Program-made: the position numbers and the translations under genes | In this document: in pieces, positions 61,586-64,000 of the stretch | How the letters are laid out: each line of letters opens with the position of its first letter | Numbering within the stretch: the stretch's first letter is position 1 | Notes under the pieces: generated by a model | Told to the model about the DNA's origin: nothing | Database searches by the model: none | The model's input: the letters and a program-made list of their open reading frames with translations, nothing else | NCBI GenBank assembly: GCA_013115125.1 | Contig: JABANN010000037.1 | Coordinates: 1-64,000, forward strand | Length of the DNA stretch: 64,000 bases | Source of the DNA: Perkinsus olseni | Lineage: Eukaryota | Direction: 5' to 3'

Positions 61586-63786
61586 CTAGGACCCGGCACA
61601 AGGAGGTGCTTGCTGGCAATGCTCACGATGTACACGCCAATGCGTGACCTGAACGACCACAACTGCCAGAGCCTCGAAAAAGCTGGGCCATACCTGGCAG
61701 TCTCTGGAGCAGTAGAACTCTCGCTTGCAGCGCGTGCAGCGCTGATGGGCCTCCTTACCACATTGGGGGCATCTGGGCGCCTGGAGAAGACGGTGCCTCG
61801 GACCGGAGCGCCGATGAGGTTACCTGCAGCTCGTCGCCTTCCTCCATCGCCAAGCGCCACTCATCTGGAATGGATACCATCTTCGAAAGCTTTTTCAACC
61901 CTTCAGAGCCCTCTTCCTTATCAGCGGAAATCAGGGCCGCCAAGTGTCCCTCCGCCACTTCCTTCCACCTGAGCGTTGAGCAGGGGCAGGCCCCTCCACA
62001 GAACTCGACCTCACCGCCTACCTCCCTCTATACTTCGACTTGAGACCTTCAATGATCTCAGCCACCAGTTCAACACTGAAGGCACTGGCAGCCCCAGAAG
62101 ACATCGATAGACCCCCAAAAGGGCTGTTGGTGGTGGGGTCACCCACACCCGCGACCATATGACCTGCAACAGGTAGCAAAGACAACTCCGCCGAAGAGTC
62201 TGTGGGATCGCTGGTTCTCACCCGAGATGGCGAGCTCCTCGAGTGCTCTCAACAGCACAGACAACACTGGCAGCTGCTCGAAGACCGTCTCGTTCAGGTA
62301 CTTCCGGAGCCTGGCGAAATGGGAACGGTACGAGAGCGTGCACTCACACCCTAGAAGATGTCACCTCAACAGATTGTCTACGCGGCACTGGGAGTCTAAT
62401 GAGTACTGCTGACGGCAGACTGGGTCCATGAGGAGCTGATAGATAGATAACCACACTTGGCCCTAAATCGGTAGCAGCAGTCTCCTACAATGAAACGGGG
62501 CACCGGGGTAGCATACCTGCGCCTTTGGCATTCTCACCGACGCAGATGCGTCGTTCATCGGCTTCCAAATATTGTCCTCGAACTTCTCCACCGCGCCACC
62601 CGGAGTCTTTCTGATCCACGGAGCTACCTGTACCACAACGATGAACGATGAACGATGAACGATGAACGATGAAGACTTTAGATGGTAGAGACGTTACTAC
62701 CTCTAGTAGAGGGACCAACGTCATGAGTATGTCGTGGGTTTCGAGTAGCCTGGTAGTAAGCGTTAGTGGGCAGTGGGCACGATGCTCACAGAGGAAGCGA
62801 ACGATGGACAGGGCGCACATACACACCTGTAACAGCGGAGACACCATCAGACTTGCCCGGGGCCCACTTGGAACTCGATCTCGTCGTATTGGGAATCTAA
62901 AACCTCCTCATCAGTCTGGGCGATGAGCCGTTGACGGCGATTCTCCGGGGTCTCTTCAGCCAGCCTCAGAGATCTGCAGCAGCAACCCCCAACACATCTT
63001 TTAACCCTCCAGGGCAGCTCACTGTTTAGCGCGCTTCGCGTGCAGCTCCAAGAACCCTGCCAGCTTCGAAGAACAGTAGTCAACCTGATGGGGGCATGAA
63101 GACCTTATTCCCGCTTGTTTGTTACTAGGTCAACCGTGGTGTCCCCAGCGGCCTCAACCCCATCCTGGTGGAAAAGGAAGACCTGAGCGTGGATGAGGGC
63201 ACAATGGCGGTCAGGGGGCGTTGACCTCAAGAAGGTTGATGACAGTCGCTTCATGGTACAACGGGACGTAGTTCCGTAGAGAGGACAGCTTGGCCAACTT
63301 GGAAGATATCAGAGGATACACCCGAGTTTTCCAGGTCCATACCAGAATCAATTCTCCTGAGAACACGACGAAAACCCTTAGCACAGCTCGCCTTATGGAA
63401 GCCGACGCTTCCCATTTTGATGAGAACCTCTCCTCAGTGAGAGTAAGACTTCACAGCATTTCCCACCTATGAGGTCCTTGATGCGATCCTCTCGCACGAA
63501 TAAGTCCTTAATGAACTCGTCAGTGCCATCCACAGCCTGGGAATGGGCTTCCTTATTCAACCTCTCTAGGACGGCATGGTTCTCCAACCACTCAGTTGTG
63601 CCTATCTCCTCCAAGGCCCATGACGATGGACCTGATTATCCCCTGCGAACTGCTAGGTACAGTGAGCCCCTTACCGAGCTTAAGGTGCGTGACTAGATGC
63701 TCCGCTTCACATTGTGAGAGCGGGAATTGACTCTCATCGATCATCAGCGCTGAGTCAGAGGTGAAGTTGCCAACTTCAGTTATCAT
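61586..63786 (-). CDS. ZMYND10: ZMYND10 (BLU) axonemal dynein assembly factor, multi-exon
   Basis: EIGTTEWLENHAVLERLNKEAH...DEFIKDLFV, WKTRVYP, LYHEATVINLLE, and the MYND finger PRCPQCGKEAHQRCTRCKREFYCSRDCQ|VTHWRVHREHC. Confidence 0.9.
62637..62673. repeat. (AACGATG)5 heptamer microsatellite in a ZMYND10 intron
   Basis: Five perfect tandem copies of aacgatg. Confidence 0.9.
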
Positions 63787-64000
63787 TGCCACGGAAGCGA
63801 GATGGAATCCCTATGAGGACCTCGACATAAACGTGCGATGATATCCTAAGAGTTCCGCCGGCTTAGCAACACCCCGATAGGATGACAGCTCTCCGGTTAG
63901 AGCCATCTTGAAGATTCCAATGGACTCAGTCTATCGGCATGATGGAGAACCGAAATCCAAGCGCAGTGCGAATCCACCAGATTTAGACCACCCACATCCC

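Noticed and set aside
63893..63913. agccatcttg just upstream of an ATG at 63920, resembling part of the Perkinsus spliced leader
   Set aside because: Only a 10-nt match. About one such match to a 22-nt leader is expected by chance in 64 kb on two strands.

Overview
Eukaryotic, gene-dense DNA with many short GT-AG introns. The architecture and gene content suggest a perkinsid alveolate such as Perkinsus; this is inference, not a database result. Recognisable genes in order: alpha-tubulin (5' part), COX15, a C2orf69/UPF0565-like protein, mitochondrial 2Fe-2S ferredoxin, two signal-peptide hypotheticals, PIG-M, a C2-like/Pro-Gln-rich protein, a RING protein, intronless TAF1, four MtaD/Atz-type amidohydrolase copies, DEPDC5/IML1, PUS7/TruD, a Sen1-like helicase, a class-III aminotransferase-like protein lacking the PLP lysine, RanBP9/10-like, intronless isocitrate lyase ending in SKM, and ZMYND10. 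The clearest structural signal is a tandem segmental duplication (~19.8-35.3 kb) of the unit [TAF1 3' end - amidohydrolase A - amidohydrolase B - DEPDC5 5' end], followed by reciprocal decay. One leftover is a cleanly conserved 5' half-gene whose last donor is phase-compatible with the 3' half of the neighbouring paralog. Several X-revcomp(X)-X micro-insertions also occur. Exon boundaries were read by eye and are approximate. No rRNA, tRNA or CRISPR array was recognised.
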